A stretch of 61,094 nt of DNA, filler included, from 4 parts of 4 records of this genome joined end to end with filler, not necessarily neighbours in it, one strand, 5' to 3'; positions 31,469 to 42,009 are shown, counted from the first letter of the whole stretch. Made by a program: numbers and translations. Notes: generated by a model not told the origin, from the sequence alone.

Positions 31469-33145
31469 CTACTTAGTCAAATCCTGATTAAGTTGAACAA
31501 GCAGTTTTGACACTATCTCGGGATGCTTGTCAGCAACGTTAATTGTTTCTGAGGGATCCGACTTATGATCATACAGCTCTACAAAAACCGGTGGAAGGGA
31601 AGAGGATCTTCGATCTTTCCAGGCTACCATACGGTATTGATCCGTTCTCATAGCATAGCCCATAAGGTAATTTTCAAATAAATCCCGATCCCAGTTCTGC
31701 TGTTGTTGGTTTTTAATTCTTTCTTCTACATCCTCGATTAAAGGACCGAAGTAGGTTTCACGCATCCCCTGTGAAAGTGGGTTTGCTGCCCACTCGCGTA
31801 ATGCTGGAGTAGGAAACTGACTATACACTGCAGATTTCCAAGTGGTGTTTGGTTTGTCCAACAAGGGCACAAAGCTTTTCCCCTCGAGATGATTGGGAAG
31901 ATTCAATCCTGCTAATTCAGAAAGTGTAGGGTATAAATCTATTAGCTCCACCAAGGCTTCGGTTTTGGAACCTCGGGCCTTTTTTCTCATTTCAGGAGTC
32001 CAGACGATTAATGGTACTCTGGTCGCAATTTCATAATTGGTTGCTTTGCCCCAAATACCCATTTCACCAAGGTGCCAGCCATGGTCACTCCATACCACTA
32101 TTATGGTATTATCCCTCAGGCCGGCATCATCCAATGCTTTGAGCATTTTACCTATTTGTGCATCTACATAACTGACACTTGCCAGATAAGCATGTTTCAG
32201 ATCCACTGCAAGCTCTTCATCAATCGGACCTATTTTTGGAACTCCATATCTCACCCTAAGCTCAAAAGAAGGATGAATTCCCATTTCAGCTCCATGCGTA
32301 GGGGGGCTGGTCTGTGTCGTAAGTCTGATATCATTCCTGTCGTACAAATCCCAATATTTCTTAGGAACTGCCCAGTTCAAATGTGGTCTGTAATAACCTA
32401 AGCCCAAGAAAAATGGCTTTTCTCCATTCTCTATCATGTCATTCATCGTCACTATCGCCAGCTCAGTATTGAATCCATCTTCATAGGTAATATCTGGTAC
32501 ATCAGCTTGCTCAAAGGCTGGCCCGTTACCGAGACCACGTTTTGCTGCCTCACCATATTTTGCGATCATCTCTGCCTTATTTTTTCTGAAGATCTCCTGA
32601 TTCTCAGGCAATGCATATCCTCCTACAAGTGGTGTTGCTGTGACTTGCATTTTTTCTATCGCAGGTTTTCGACTCCAGGATAATTCAGGATCATTGTACT
32701 CTCCATGATAGATTTTTCCAATGTTCACTGTCTCATATCCATTATTTTTAAAATGCTGAGGAAGTGTCACGATATCCGGATTAAGATCACGGAAATAGGT
32801 ATAGTTCTCTATCACACCAATCGTTTCAGGCCGTGAACCTGTCATGATACTTGCTCTGGAAGGGCTACAGATTGCCTGTTGGCAATATGCTCTGTTAAAA
32901 AGCATTCCATCTGCAGCAAGAGCATCAAGATTTGGAGTTACAGCGATCTCCGAACCATACGCTCCCAACTCAGGGCGAAGGTCATCGATTGCTATAAAAA
33001 GTATATTCGGCTTCTCCTGTGCTTGTACTAGACTTACATGAAAAAGTAAAGTAATTAAGGACAGAAAGTATAAGGAATTCCTGAACGTATAAAATGACTT
33101 ACAGCACATATCCCCAGATAGGGAAGGATTATCCTTATGATTCAT
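31469..33145 (-). CDS. S1 sulfatase (Cys-type, iduronate-2-sulfatase-like, probably S1_7)
   Basis: IDDLRP, CSPSR, GKIYH, SDHGWHLGE; subfamily is inference. Confidence 0.9.
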   Translation of the reverse strand: MNHKDNPSLSGDMCCKSFYTFRNSLYFLSLITLLFHVSLVQAQEKPNILFIAIDDLRPELGAYGSEIAVTPNLDALAADGMLFNRAYCQQAICSPSRASIMTGSRPETIGVIENYTYFRDLNPDIVTLPQHFKNNGYETVNIGKIYHGEYNDPELSWSRKPAIEKMQVTATPLVGGYALPENQEIFRKNKAEMIAKYGEAAKRGLGNGPAFEQADVPDITYEDGFNTELAIVTMNDMIENGEKPFFLGLGYYRPHLNWAVPKKYWDLYDRNDIRLTTQTSPPTHGAEMGIHPSFELRVRYGVPKIGPIDEELAVDLKHAYLASVSYVDAQIGKMLKALDDAGLRDNTIIVVWSDHGWHLGEMGIWGKATNYEIATRVPLIVWTPEMRKKARGSKTEALVELIDLYPTLSELAGLNLPNHLEGKSFVPLLDKPNTTWKSAVYSQFPTPALREWAANPLSQGMRETYFGPLIEDVEERIKNQQQQNWDRDLFENYLMGYAMRTDQYRMVAWKDRRSSSLPPVFVELYDHKSDPSETINVADKHPEIVSKLLVQLNQDLTK

Positions 33146-33255
33146 TAGTAAAATTATTTTGGGTTAATAAAAGATTGCCAGTTAAAACGGCAGTCCACGG
33201 CACATAGGGAGCTAGACCTTACAAATAAGCTCTTACTCTTATCCAACAACCTTTA

Positions 33256-33320
33256 CAAAGGAGCTTTAAAAATCATCCCTTGTATTTATGAATTTTACCT
33301 TGGTGTTGCACTATTTTACC
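33256..33320 (-). promoter_or_regulatory. Candidate AraC-activated promoter of the sulfatase-MFS-GH127 unit
   Basis: Perfect ATTTTACC at 33292 and 33313; CAAAG at 33256. Confidence 0.7.
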
Positions 33321-33374
33321 TCATTCACAAATGCGCTTAAAACAGGAGGAAAATAGCGTACACAAAAGGTTCCG

Positions 33375-34019
33375 CTATCCATTTAAGCCCGGTAGCCTTG
33401 ATTTAATCCGTTTAAAATGACTTTCCAATCCTTTAAAATCATTGTTAAGAATCAACTCCTTATCAAAAAGCGAACTTCCCATCCCAACTCCAGCTGCGCC
33501 GGCTTCGAAAAATGAATGGAGGTTCTTCGAATCAACTCCACCTGTAGGCAATAGTTTGATATGATTTAAAGGTGCCAACACATCCTTAATATAAGTGTCG
33601 CCCAATTGAGTCGCTGGAAAAATTTTGACCGCAGAAGCGCCAGCATTCCAAGCTTGATAAATTTCAGTAGGTGTATACGCTCCCGGAAAAATAGGAATAG
33701 CTAAGTCTACACACGTTTGAATGACTTTAATATCCATGATTGGTGTGACAATAAACTGAGATCCAGCCTGAAGAGCCACTTCTAAATCTTTTGTATTACA
33801 GACAGTTCCAGCACCTATATTCAGTTCTGGAAATTTCCTACGAATGGAATAAATCATATCCGCTGCTCCATCCGAATTCATTGTTATTTCCAAAGTAGTG
33901 AGACCAGCCCTATAATATGTCTCTGCTATTTTCACCAGCTGCAAGGAAGTCATTCCTCTGACAATGCCCACAATTGGAGATTCAAAGAATCTTGTCCAGG
34001 AAAATCTAGAATCCTTCAT
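33375..34019 (-). CDS. dauD: KDPG/KDPGal aldolase (DauD-like)
   Basis: LEIT, GAGTV, FIVTP, VKIFPA, PTGGV. Confidence 0.88.
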   Translation of the reverse strand: MKDSRFSWTRFFESPIVGIVRGMTSLQLVKIAETYYRAGLTTLEITMNSDGAADMIYSIRRKFPELNIGAGTVCNTKDLEVALQAGSQFIVTPIMDIKVIQTCVDLAIPIFPGAYTPTEIYQAWNAGASAVKIFPATQLGDTYIKDVLAPLNHIKLLPTGGVDSKNLHSFFEAGAAGVGMGSSLFDKELILNNDFKGLESHFKRIKSRLPGLNG

Positions 34020-34959
34020 AGAATTTTATCATTTTTAGTTGACCTTTTAAGAAAGCTTTTTCAAGTTTTTCCCCATTCAGAAGTAATAACTGATCTTCAG
34101 GGATCAAATATTTCAGAGCCGTGGCATAACTACTGAAAATAGGATCTGCTGCAGCGAGTACAATCTTATCCTTTGTCTTTTTCAGATGTGAAAGTTCATC
34201 TCCAATCAGGATACCGCTGAGGTAATTGTAATTCATTTCACTAATCTGCTTATTCAACACATCTTTTGCCCGCACCGAAAACAAAGACTCCGCCCCCCCC
34301 TTCTCAAACCCCAATTTTACGCCCTCTTGAAATGAGGAAAGAGTAGATTGGTCTAAGGAAGATTTTTCAACTGAAGTTTTCAAAATACTGTGCTGGGTAA
34401 GCAGGCTAAAAAGTTCGCCCGTCATATAGGTTTTAAAATCACAGAACAGATTTGATTCATAGCGAATATGTTTGCTATGTGTGCCTGGAAGCAATAAAGT
34501 CACCTGTTTAAATGAGGTAAAGAATTCCTCAAGTCCTATAGCTTGTACTTCCTCACCCCTCATCATTCCGTTATCACCTCTCACTCCCGAAATCAGCAAA
34601 ACAGTTAATCCCTCGTTCGATTTCAATCGGTGGATGTTTAATTCTGTTCCTGATCCGGAGAAAGGCAAATTGGCATAATCCAATTCATAAAGACCAATAT
34701 TGGAAGTAATCATACCCGCTGCGATGACAGGATATGTCTTGGCAGCCGAACCTAAAACTTCCAATTGGCTATGCAGATACGACAAGAAAAAAGTCTCTCT
34801 GTTTTGGTTAGTTTGTTTCAAAAATTGATCGTTGAGCAGCTTAATACCCATCGAAGTCTGATGCTGAGCCAATACAGATAAAGTATTGGTTTCAACTAAC
34901 CTTAATCTGAAATTACTTGTTCCCCAGTCACAGCTGACAAAATATGCAACATCAGACAT
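34006..34959 (-). CDS. dauC: 2-keto-3-deoxy-galactonokinase (DgoK/DauC)
   Basis: DWGTSNFR, MMRGEEVQ, LPGTHSKH, MTGELF, YLSGILIG. Confidence 0.92.
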   Translation of the reverse strand: MSDVAYFVSCDWGTSNFRLRLVETNTLSVLAQHQTSMGIKLLNDQFLKQTNQNRETFFLSYLHSQLEVLGSAAKTYPVIAAGMITSNIGLYELDYANLPFSGSGTELNIHRLKSNEGLTVLLISGVRGDNGMMRGEEVQAIGLEEFFTSFKQVTLLLPGTHSKHIRYESNLFCDFKTYMTGELFSLLTQHSILKTSVEKSSLDQSTLSSFQEGVKLGFEKGGAESLFSVRAKDVLNKQISEMNYNYLSGILIGDELSHLKKTKDKIVLAAADPIFSSYATALKYLIPEDQLLLLNGEKLEKAFLKGQLKMIKFYEGF

Positions 34960-34961
34960 AG

Positions 34962-36407
34962 TTACACCAGAGCTTTTGTAACACGCTTTTTAATTAGGTA
35001 ATCGTCTAATGCATAGCTGGAACAATCTACCCCAATCCCACTATTTTTAATTCCTCCGTGAGGTAGGTAGATATCGAATTTTACGCCATTAAGATGCACT
35101 TCACCGAAGGCAAGTTTTTCTGTAAAATAGTGAAGTATGGAATTGTCTTTTGAAAACACATAAGATGCCAAACCAGCCTCTGTACTATTAGCGTATTCAA
35201 GTACTTCCTCTTTGTTTTTAAAAGGTATAATTATAGCAACCGGACCAAAAATTTCCTCCTGTAAAACCGTCGCTTCTGCATAATCCAATCGAATGACTGT
35301 CGGCTGAAAATAAAAACCTTTTCCAGGTATCCTCGCACCTCCATAAAGTAATTTCCCCCCTTGCCTAACAGCTTTTTCCACAAGATTTTCTACTTTCTCC
35401 AACGATTTCTGGTTAGTAAGTGGTCCCATCTGAGGAGAATTTTCTCTTCCAAACCCAACGTTTGTTTGTGTGAAAATATCTACCATTCCTTGAGTAAACC
35501 GCTCGATCACTTTTTCCTGGACGTAAAATCTATTCGGCGCAACACATATCTGTCCTGAGTTTCCTGTTTTCAGTGCAGCCCCTATAGTGAAGGCAAGAGA
35601 TATATCAGCATCCTCAAAAACTATGAAAGGCGCATTTCCGCCACATTCCATACTATAGCGTTTGATCGAGGTTTTGCTACTCTGGCCAATTAGCTTCTGT
35701 GCAGTTTCTGTAGAACCTATCATTGTGATCAAGCTTGGGATTTTGCTTTCGGAAAGTGGAATCCCAACGTTCTCCAGATCCCCACAGATCACATTGACTA
35801 CACCTTTTGGGAAATTGATTTTTGCACAGATTTCCCCTATGATATAGGCAGATAACGGAGAGAATTCAGAAGGTTTGATGATAATACTGCAACCTGAGGC
35901 AAGGGCAGGCCCGAGTTTAAATCCAAGATTGAGCAAGGGAAAATTATAAGCTAAAAACGCCACGGCTACTCCTAATGGTTGAGAAATCACTTTATGCGTA
36001 TGTGTACCTTCTCTATCGGCTATTTCTACATCTTTCCTTTGATGAATTTCAGTTGAATAAAAACGAAGAGAATCTGTAAGACTTGTCAAATCCTCAGCTG
36101 TTCCTTCCCAAGTTTTACCCATCTCATACATGATGCTTTCCCTGAGTAAATCAGCATTTTCCAGAATGGCATTTCGTAATCTTTCTATCCATACCAGTCT
36201 TTGCTCTACTGGCAATACAGACCAAAAGTTAAATCCTTCTTGGGCTGCCGCTAAGGAATCCAAAGTATCCTGTTTACTTGCCCAAGATATTGTAGCTATA
36301 GCTTCCTCTGTGGCTGGACAGATTACTTCAAAAGTGCTACCTGAAGATGAATCTCTCTCCTCCCCTCCTACATATAGTTTCCTATGACCGAATTTCAAAC
36401 TTTTCAT
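34962..36407 (-). CDS. dauA: Aldehyde dehydrogenase, probable 3,6-anhydro-D-galactose dehydrogenase
   Basis: NFPL, KPSE, ECGGNAP, GQICVAP, EEIFGPV; substrate inferred from context. Confidence 0.85.
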   Translation of the reverse strand: MKSLKFGHRKLYVGGEERDSSSGSTFEVICPATEEAIATISWASKQDTLDSLAAAQEGFNFWSVLPVEQRLVWIERLRNAILENADLLRESIMYEMGKTWEGTAEDLTSLTDSLRFYSTEIHQRKDVEIADREGTHTHKVISQPLGVAVAFLAYNFPLLNLGFKLGPALASGCSIIIKPSEFSPLSAYIIGEICAKINFPKGVVNVICGDLENVGIPLSESKIPSLITMIGSTETAQKLIGQSSKTSIKRYSMECGGNAPFIVFEDADISLAFTIGAALKTGNSGQICVAPNRFYVQEKVIERFTQGMVDIFTQTNVGFGRENSPQMGPLTNQKSLEKVENLVEKAVRQGGKLLYGGARIPGKGFYFQPTVIRLDYAEATVLQEEIFGPVAIIIPFKNKEEVLEYANSTEAGLASYVFSKDNSILHYFTEKLAFGEVHLNGVKFDIYLPHGGIKNSGIGVDCSSYALDDYLIKKRVTKALV

Positions 36408-37551
36408 TTACTTCTGGGATTTCATTGTCAATATATTTTTCAAGGGCCTCCATACATACATCTACTCCAAGTCCTGGCAAATCTGGGACGTGTATCAACC
36501 CATTTTCAAGCTTGACCTGAGGTAAAGTAACATCATCACGCAGACAGTTTTCGGTTCGGTCCAATTCCAACATTGGCAGGTTATTATACATTCTTCCTGG
36601 GTTTTTATCGAGATTTGCTACGAAATGAATAGCCGCACTGATCGCAATCCAAGTACCCCAAGTATGAGGAACCACATCCTTGTTATATACCTGAGCAAGT
36701 GTAGCTATTTTCTTAGCTTCTGTGATTCCACCAGCTGCACATATGTCTGGCTGTACGATATCCACACTTTCATTTTCTAGCAGACGCTTAAAGCCATATT
36801 TAAGGTATTCGCATTCTCCTCCTGCGATAGGAATGGTCGTATGATCTCTCATACGTCGGTAACCTTCATAATCTTCAGGTGACACGGGTTCTTCAAACCA
36901 CCCTATGTCATATTTCTCAACTCTTCTTGCTAACTCGATGGCCTCCTTATAACTATAAGCATGATTTGCATCGATCATCAATTTCATCTTCGAACCAATT
37001 GCCTTTCTAACTGAAGCTACATTTTTCACATCCTCCTCAATACCTAATCCTACCTTCATCTTTGTAGCCCGAAATCCTTGAGATTGATAAAGCAATGCTT
37101 CCTGGGCTAATTTCTCTGACAAATCATCCACTCGAGTGAAGTACAAGCCTGTAGCATAAGGTTCAATCGTAGGATTCTTTACCCCCCCAAGCAAAACTGA
37201 TACTGGCTGGGAAAGGATTTTACCTTTAAGATCCCAAAGTGCCACGTCTACAGCGCTAATGGCAGCCTGTAGTATCCCACTACGAGCATAATCCATAGAC
37301 CTACGGTACATCTCTTCCCATAAGATTTCATGCTCCAAGCCAGACTTACCCAATAGAAATGGTTTGAAAAATTCTATACCTGCCTTCAATATATGAGCAG
37401 GACCATAACCTTCTCCCCAGCCATAAGTACCATCTTCTAAGGTGATTTTTACAATACAGATTTTTCGCATATCATATTGCCATTGTGAAAAGTAGAATGG
37501 TGTATCTAATTTTTGGCTAATGACAAAAGGTTCTATTGAGGCTATTTTCAT
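36382..37551 (-). CDS. dauB: Mandelate racemase/enolase family, probable 3,6-anhydro-D-galactonate cycloisomerase
   Basis: GWGEG, DVALWDLKGK, KMKVG, DANH, WFEEP, GGECE; start at MKIASI. Confidence 0.85.
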   Translation of the reverse strand: MKIASIEPFVISQKLDTPFYFSQWQYDMRKICIVKITLEDGTYGWGEGYGPAHILKAGIEFFKPFLLGKSGLEHEILWEEMYRRSMDYARSGILQAAISAVDVALWDLKGKILSQPVSVLLGGVKNPTIEPYATGLYFTRVDDLSEKLAQEALLYQSQGFRATKMKVGLGIEEDVKNVASVRKAIGSKMKLMIDANHAYSYKEAIELARRVEKYDIGWFEEPVSPEDYEGYRRMRDHTTIPIAGGECEYLKYGFKRLLENESVDIVQPDICAAGGITEAKKIATLAQVYNKDVVPHTWGTWIAISAAIHFVANLDKNPGRMYNNLPMLELDRTENCLRDDVTLPQVKLENGLIHVPDLPGLGVDVCMEALEKYIDNEIPEVNEKFEIRS

Positions 37552-37630
37552 TTTAAAAGTTTTAAATAAGTTGTATTCATTTTGATTCCTGTTTCCTATA
37601 CTTTCCGAATTAGAAATGGCCGGTTTTAAT

Positions 37631-38644
37631 TTACTGGTAGTTAGCATATCCAAGCAGGCATACTGCAACGATTAAAACTGCAAGACCCGTTAAAAGCTGG
37701 AAGAAAGGTTTCTTTGCATTATCCCACTCCCCTGCTCTATACGCCCATATATTACTGATAATCAAAGCTAACCCAAGAAGAATTGGCCAACCTATTACAG
37801 GACCGAGATCTCCCATCAAGGCAGCTCCCTGTCCGTATACACCTAATGCTGCAAACCAAAACACACCGGACAAAACAGCCCATTTATAGGAATTATAGCT
37901 GAATTTCTCATTATAGGAATTCCAGGATTTATTCTTTATCAGTAGGTATAAGGAATATCCTGCATTCATCGCAAATGCTCCGAGTAATACGACTACCCAA
38001 GCAGCCAAACTCGCATTTTGGGAAGTAGCGCCAAACTCTTCAGCTTTTCTAGCTATCGGCATAGCATTGGAAAATCCTACATTAAGTAAAGCTGACAAAA
38101 CCCCTGAGGTCACAGCAATAAGAACACCTTTTCGAATTGACTTTTTACTACTAAAGGTATGGCTAACAGATTGTACTTTATCTCTATTAATCCCTGCAAC
38201 AGCCGTTATAAAAACCCCAATTAGTAACATCGCAACTCCGATCATGATAATGGGAAAAGAAGGATCACTTGTGAAACCTTCTATTTGAAATAAGGGGATA
38301 ATAGATCCCACGGAAGCTGCTAGCCCCATGACTATACCATAGGTAATTGAGATCCCAGTATATTCTACACTCACTCCAAATAAAATACCTCCGATCCCCC
38401 AAAGAAAGCCATAAAACATTGCCAGGAAGATGACCGACCCTGTAGTGGCTGCAATCACATCCCACAGGCTAGGTACTACTATTAGCGCCCAACCTATCGG
38501 CAAAATGATCATTGCTATAATGGAATACACCAACCACCAAGCTTCCCATTTTAAAGGAGAAATATGCTTCATTCCCAGTCCAAAAGTCCCTTGGAAAAAG
38601 CTAGCAAAAAGCACTAAGGCAAATGCGAGAACATAAGTATTCAT
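37631..38644 (-). CDS. RhaT-family (L-rhamnose:H+ symporter-like) transporter
   Basis: About 10 hydrophobic helices, WEAWW, LWGIGG, GEW motifs. Confidence 0.85.
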   Translation of the reverse strand: MNTYVLAFALVLFASFFQGTFGLGMKHISPLKWEAWWLVYSIIAMIILPIGWALIVVPSLWDVIAATTGSVIFLAMFYGFLWGIGGILFGVSVEYTGISITYGIVMGLAASVGSIIPLFQIEGFTSDPSFPIIMIGVAMLLIGVFITAVAGINRDKVQSVSHTFSSKKSIRKGVLIAVTSGVLSALLNVGFSNAMPIARKAEEFGATSQNASLAAWVVVLLGAFAMNAGYSLYLLIKNKSWNSYNEKFSYNSYKWAVLSGVFWFAALGVYGQGAALMGDLGPVIGWPILLGLALIISNIWAYRAGEWDNAKKPFFQLLTGLAVLIVAVCLLGYANYQ

Positions 38645-38838
38645 ACTTTGATCATTGTGATAATCCAAATCGAATACAGATGGGTCATTCCCTTGTGTAT
38701 GATCGTTTTGGGTTTGTAGTTAATAAGAACAGTGATTACAAAATTGGTTATTCCAATTCAACTTTAGCTTAAGGAAAAAGCAGGGACAGCCTGATTAAGC
38801 ACATCTCCATTACTATATGATTCCCATAATGTTCTCCA

Positions 38839-38903
38839 CAAAGAAAGTAGATGGGGGCGGCATCGAATTGATAGATTTTAGCTTGTACTTAGCGTATTTT
38901 ACC
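38839..38903 (-). promoter_or_regulatory. Candidate AraC-activated promoter of the rhaT-dauBACD unit
   Basis: ATTTTAGC (38875) and ATTTTACC (38896); CAAAG at 38839. Confidence 0.68.
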
Positions 38904-38953
38904 CTCTTTGTTAGGATTGCCCCCAGCACAGGGAATAAAAAAGCAATAGAAAA

Positions 38954-40288
38954 TTACAAGCCTGCAATGACTAAAATCATGACACCACTAAGGCCAGATA
39001 GGCCCATAATAAGAGATTGAGTAGTGTAGGTGCGATATAGCACCTTCGGTGGCACTTCATGAAGACGATTCAATAGCCAGAAAAAGCTTGAGTTTGCATG
39101 AAAAACACAAAAGGAACCGCAGCCAATAAGAGCTCCTGCTATTTCAGGAGAGACAGGCAAAGTGGTCACAATTGGTCCAATCATGGATGCAGTCCCTACC
39201 AATGAGACTGTTATTGATCCTGTAGAAGTTGTGAGAATCGCTGCGATAATAAAAGGCAACAATGCACCTAAAAATGGATAATTCGAAAATATAGAAATTA
39301 GCTCGTTCTGAACACCTGTAGCACGAATTACCTGACCAAGCCCACCACCTGCACCTGTAATCATAATCACCAAGGCAGATTTAACAATTGCTTGTTCCAC
39401 CAATTGATTTAAACTGGTTTTATGAAAGCCACTTACATATCTATATCCAGCAATAAAAGCTCCTATTAATACTGCTACTAGTGGAATAGCGATGAATTCT
39501 AATAATTGGGAGAAGAAACTGACTGTTTTAGAGGAGATGAATGTCCCCATTCCAATGAGCAAAATCGGCACAATAATAGGTAGTAGATCCACAAATATGC
39601 GCTCACTTCCTGACTCACCTATAATTGCCTTTCCTTTCATAACCTCAGTCCTATTCTTTAGCTTTTCATCATATTCTATCCAAGAATTATTGCAATAAAA
39701 CATTACCCACAAAACTCCGCCTCCCATTGCAAAAAGAGCAACGAAAATGTTAATCAACAACATATTCCCGATAGATACCCCCATCAAGGAAGCAACTGCC
39801 ATAGGGCCAGGAGTCGGAGGAATCAAGGTATGGGATACTGTCAATCCTGCTGTTAGAGCTAATCCAATATAAAGTACAGGTTTTTTGCTTTTTACAGAGA
39901 GCGATTCAACTACAGGTTGCAATAGAATGTAGGCCACATCCACAAAAACAGGAATCGATACGATATAACCTGTCATTCCCATAGCCCAAGGAAGTTTCTT
40001 CTCACCTACCCACCTGACAATTCGTTCTGAAACCCGAATGGCACCACCCGTCTCCTGAAGTACTTCTCCAATAAAAGCACCTAATATTACTATAATAGCT
40101 ATCCAACGAAGTGTATCTCCAAAGCCTTGTAATAAAACATTTACTGTTTCTTTACCGCCTAATCCGAAGGTAACCCCTAAACCTATTCCAGTTAAGATCA
40201 ATGCCAGAAAGGGGTGGACGTTCCATTTAGAAATACTAAAAATTAAAAGAGTAAGAAAAAAAACAAGAATTAAAATATGGATAAGCAT
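38954..40288 (-). CDS. GntP family sugar-acid permease
   Basis: HPFLAL, IPVFVD, PPTPGP, ITGAGGG, HANSSFFW. Confidence 0.9.
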   Translation of the reverse strand: MLIHILILVFFLTLLIFSISKWNVHPFLALILTGIGLGVTFGLGGKETVNVLLQGFGDTLRWIAIIVILGAFIGEVLQETGGAIRVSERIVRWVGEKKLPWAMGMTGYIVSIPVFVDVAYILLQPVVESLSVKSKKPVLYIGLALTAGLTVSHTLIPPTPGPMAVASLMGVSIGNMLLINIFVALFAMGGGVLWVMFYCNNSWIEYDEKLKNRTEVMKGKAIIGESGSERIFVDLLPIIVPILLIGMGTFISSKTVSFFSQLLEFIAIPLVAVLIGAFIAGYRYVSGFHKTSLNQLVEQAIVKSALVIMITGAGGGLGQVIRATGVQNELISIFSNYPFLGALLPFIIAAILTTSTGSITVSLVGTASMIGPIVTTLPVSPEIAGALIGCGSFCVFHANSSFFWLLNRLHEVPPKVLYRTYTTQSLIMGLSGLSGVMILVIAGL

Positions 40289-40314
40289 AGCTGGTATTTC
40301 GGGTATTTGTCAAT

Positions 40315-40379
40315 CAAAGTAAGTAAAACTTACAGAAATGAAAAGATAGGAAATTACCCTTCAATACTTATATTTTATC
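40315..40379 (-). promoter_or_regulatory. Candidate AraC-activated promoter of the GntP gene
   Basis: AAATTACC (40351) and ATTTTATC (40372); CAAAG at 40315. Confidence 0.6.
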
Positions 40380-40392
40380 CCAGATCAAAACC

Positions 40393-41253
40393 TTAAACCG
40401 AAGATCTGAATTGTTTAGGCGTACAGCCCATAATCTGTTTAAATTGATTATTGAAATTCGTAACCGAATTGTATCCGACAGTATAGCAAATCTCTGATAC
40501 CAGCAAATCATCCTGGATCAATAATCTAGAGGCATTTCGGATTCGTACTTCGTTCAAAAACTGAGTAAAAGATTTATTTGTCAGTTTCTTAAAAAATCTA
40601 CAAAAGGAATTCGTGGTCATGCAAGCTATGTCCGCTATATCATCTAAAGTAATATTGCTGGAATAATTATCTGAAATAAATTTCAATACAGTATCCAACC
40701 GCTGCGAATTCTCAGTTGTGTACTGCCTCATATCAGAAGATGAAAGGATTTTTCTGTCCTGTGTAAGCGATAACCGGGACAAGATTTCCAATAATTTGAT
40801 TGACTGCATTGCTGGGTGCAACTCTGTAATTTTCACCAGCTCGTCATGGAGAGCTTCGCTTATATTTTGGCCAAAACAAACTCCGTATTTTGACAAATCA
40901 AGTAATTTATCAATTTCAGAGAATTCAGGATTTTTAAAAGTCCCATTACCGATAAAATCATCGGTAAATTTCATAATGATGGTTTTTACCTGATTTTCCT
41001 CCCTATTCTCTTTATAAAAAGACACATCATTTCTCCATAAATGAGGTAAATAAGGTCCTACTAGCACCAAGTCACCAGGGAAAAACTGAGATACACTATC
41101 CCCTACAAATCGAATCCCATTGCTTTGGGAAATATACAGAAGTTCATATTGAGAGTGATAATGCCATGAAGAATCCAGACAAGGGATTTCCTTCTTGCAA
41201 ATATTCAAGCGCTCATTGCCTACATTTTCAGGATTTTTTAATACTAACTTCAT
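40393..41253 (-). CDS. AraC family regulator (CgrA-like)
   Basis: Cupin WHYH..YEL, C-terminal double HTH (FCRFFKK, GYNSVTNFNNQFK, TPKQFR). Confidence 0.93.
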   Translation of the reverse strand: MKLVLKNPENVGNERLNICKKEIPCLDSSWHYHSQYELLYISQSNGIRFVGDSVSQFFPGDLVLVGPYLPHLWRNDVSFYKENREENQVKTIIMKFTDDFIGNGTFKNPEFSEIDKLLDLSKYGVCFGQNISEALHDELVKITELHPAMQSIKLLEILSRLSLTQDRKILSSSDMRQYTTENSQRLDTVLKFISDNYSSNITLDDIADIACMTTNSFCRFFKKLTNKSFTQFLNEVRIRNASRLLIQDDLLVSEICYTVGYNSVTNFNNQFKQIMGCTPKQFRSSV

Positions 41254-41460
41254 ACAAACCAAAAATAGTTAATTTCCCCATAAACTATTGTTAAAAAAAC
41301 TCAGATTTCATACTAGATATAATAATATCCACTTATCCAAACTAACGCACCATTTTTTCTTGTCATATATGTAAGGTGTATGACCCAGAAGAGGGAATTA
41401 GAGGTGAGTGGATAGAGTTTAGCCGATTTCCATTTCAAATATGATTGTAAAGACCCGGCA

Positions 41461-42009
41461 GCCGATAACAAATCACCGAGAGAAACTCAAATGATCCTTA
41501 ATCACAAGGAGGCTATCGAGTTTTTGGTAGAATCATCAAATAAGGTTGATTTTAATAGATACACCATTCTCAATACACACACTCTGCTCTCCAACAACCT
41601 CTTGCCAAATCCTGCTGCATCAGGAAGGATTAGAATCTTTGGAGTAGGGATTACAAATTCAGTTTTCACACCATTAGGCATTCCTCAACTTATTGAAGAA
41701 TGTTTTGACCTAATACTTGAAAAAGCCCGACAAATTGAAAAACCCTTTGAACAGGCTTTTTTCATACTGGTTCAACTACCCTATTTACAACCTTTTGACG
41801 ATGTCAATAAACGTGTTTCCCGGCTGGCTGCTAACCTGCCATTTATCCAGCATAATCTTGCTCCACTTTCATTTATTGATGTCCCGGAGGATATTTATAT
41901 TAAAGGAATGTTTGGAATCTATGAACTAAAGCGCATAGAATTATTCAAAGATGTCTTTCGCATCAAGCCATCCGAATTTTTAGCATGGAAAAAGCATTGG
42001 GATTCTTAG
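41461..42009 (+). pseudogene. Fic-domain gene remnant
   Basis: Fic-like YLQPFDDVNKRVSRL; frame begins mid-protein (ADNKSPRETQMILNHK) and is short for this family. Confidence 0.65.
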
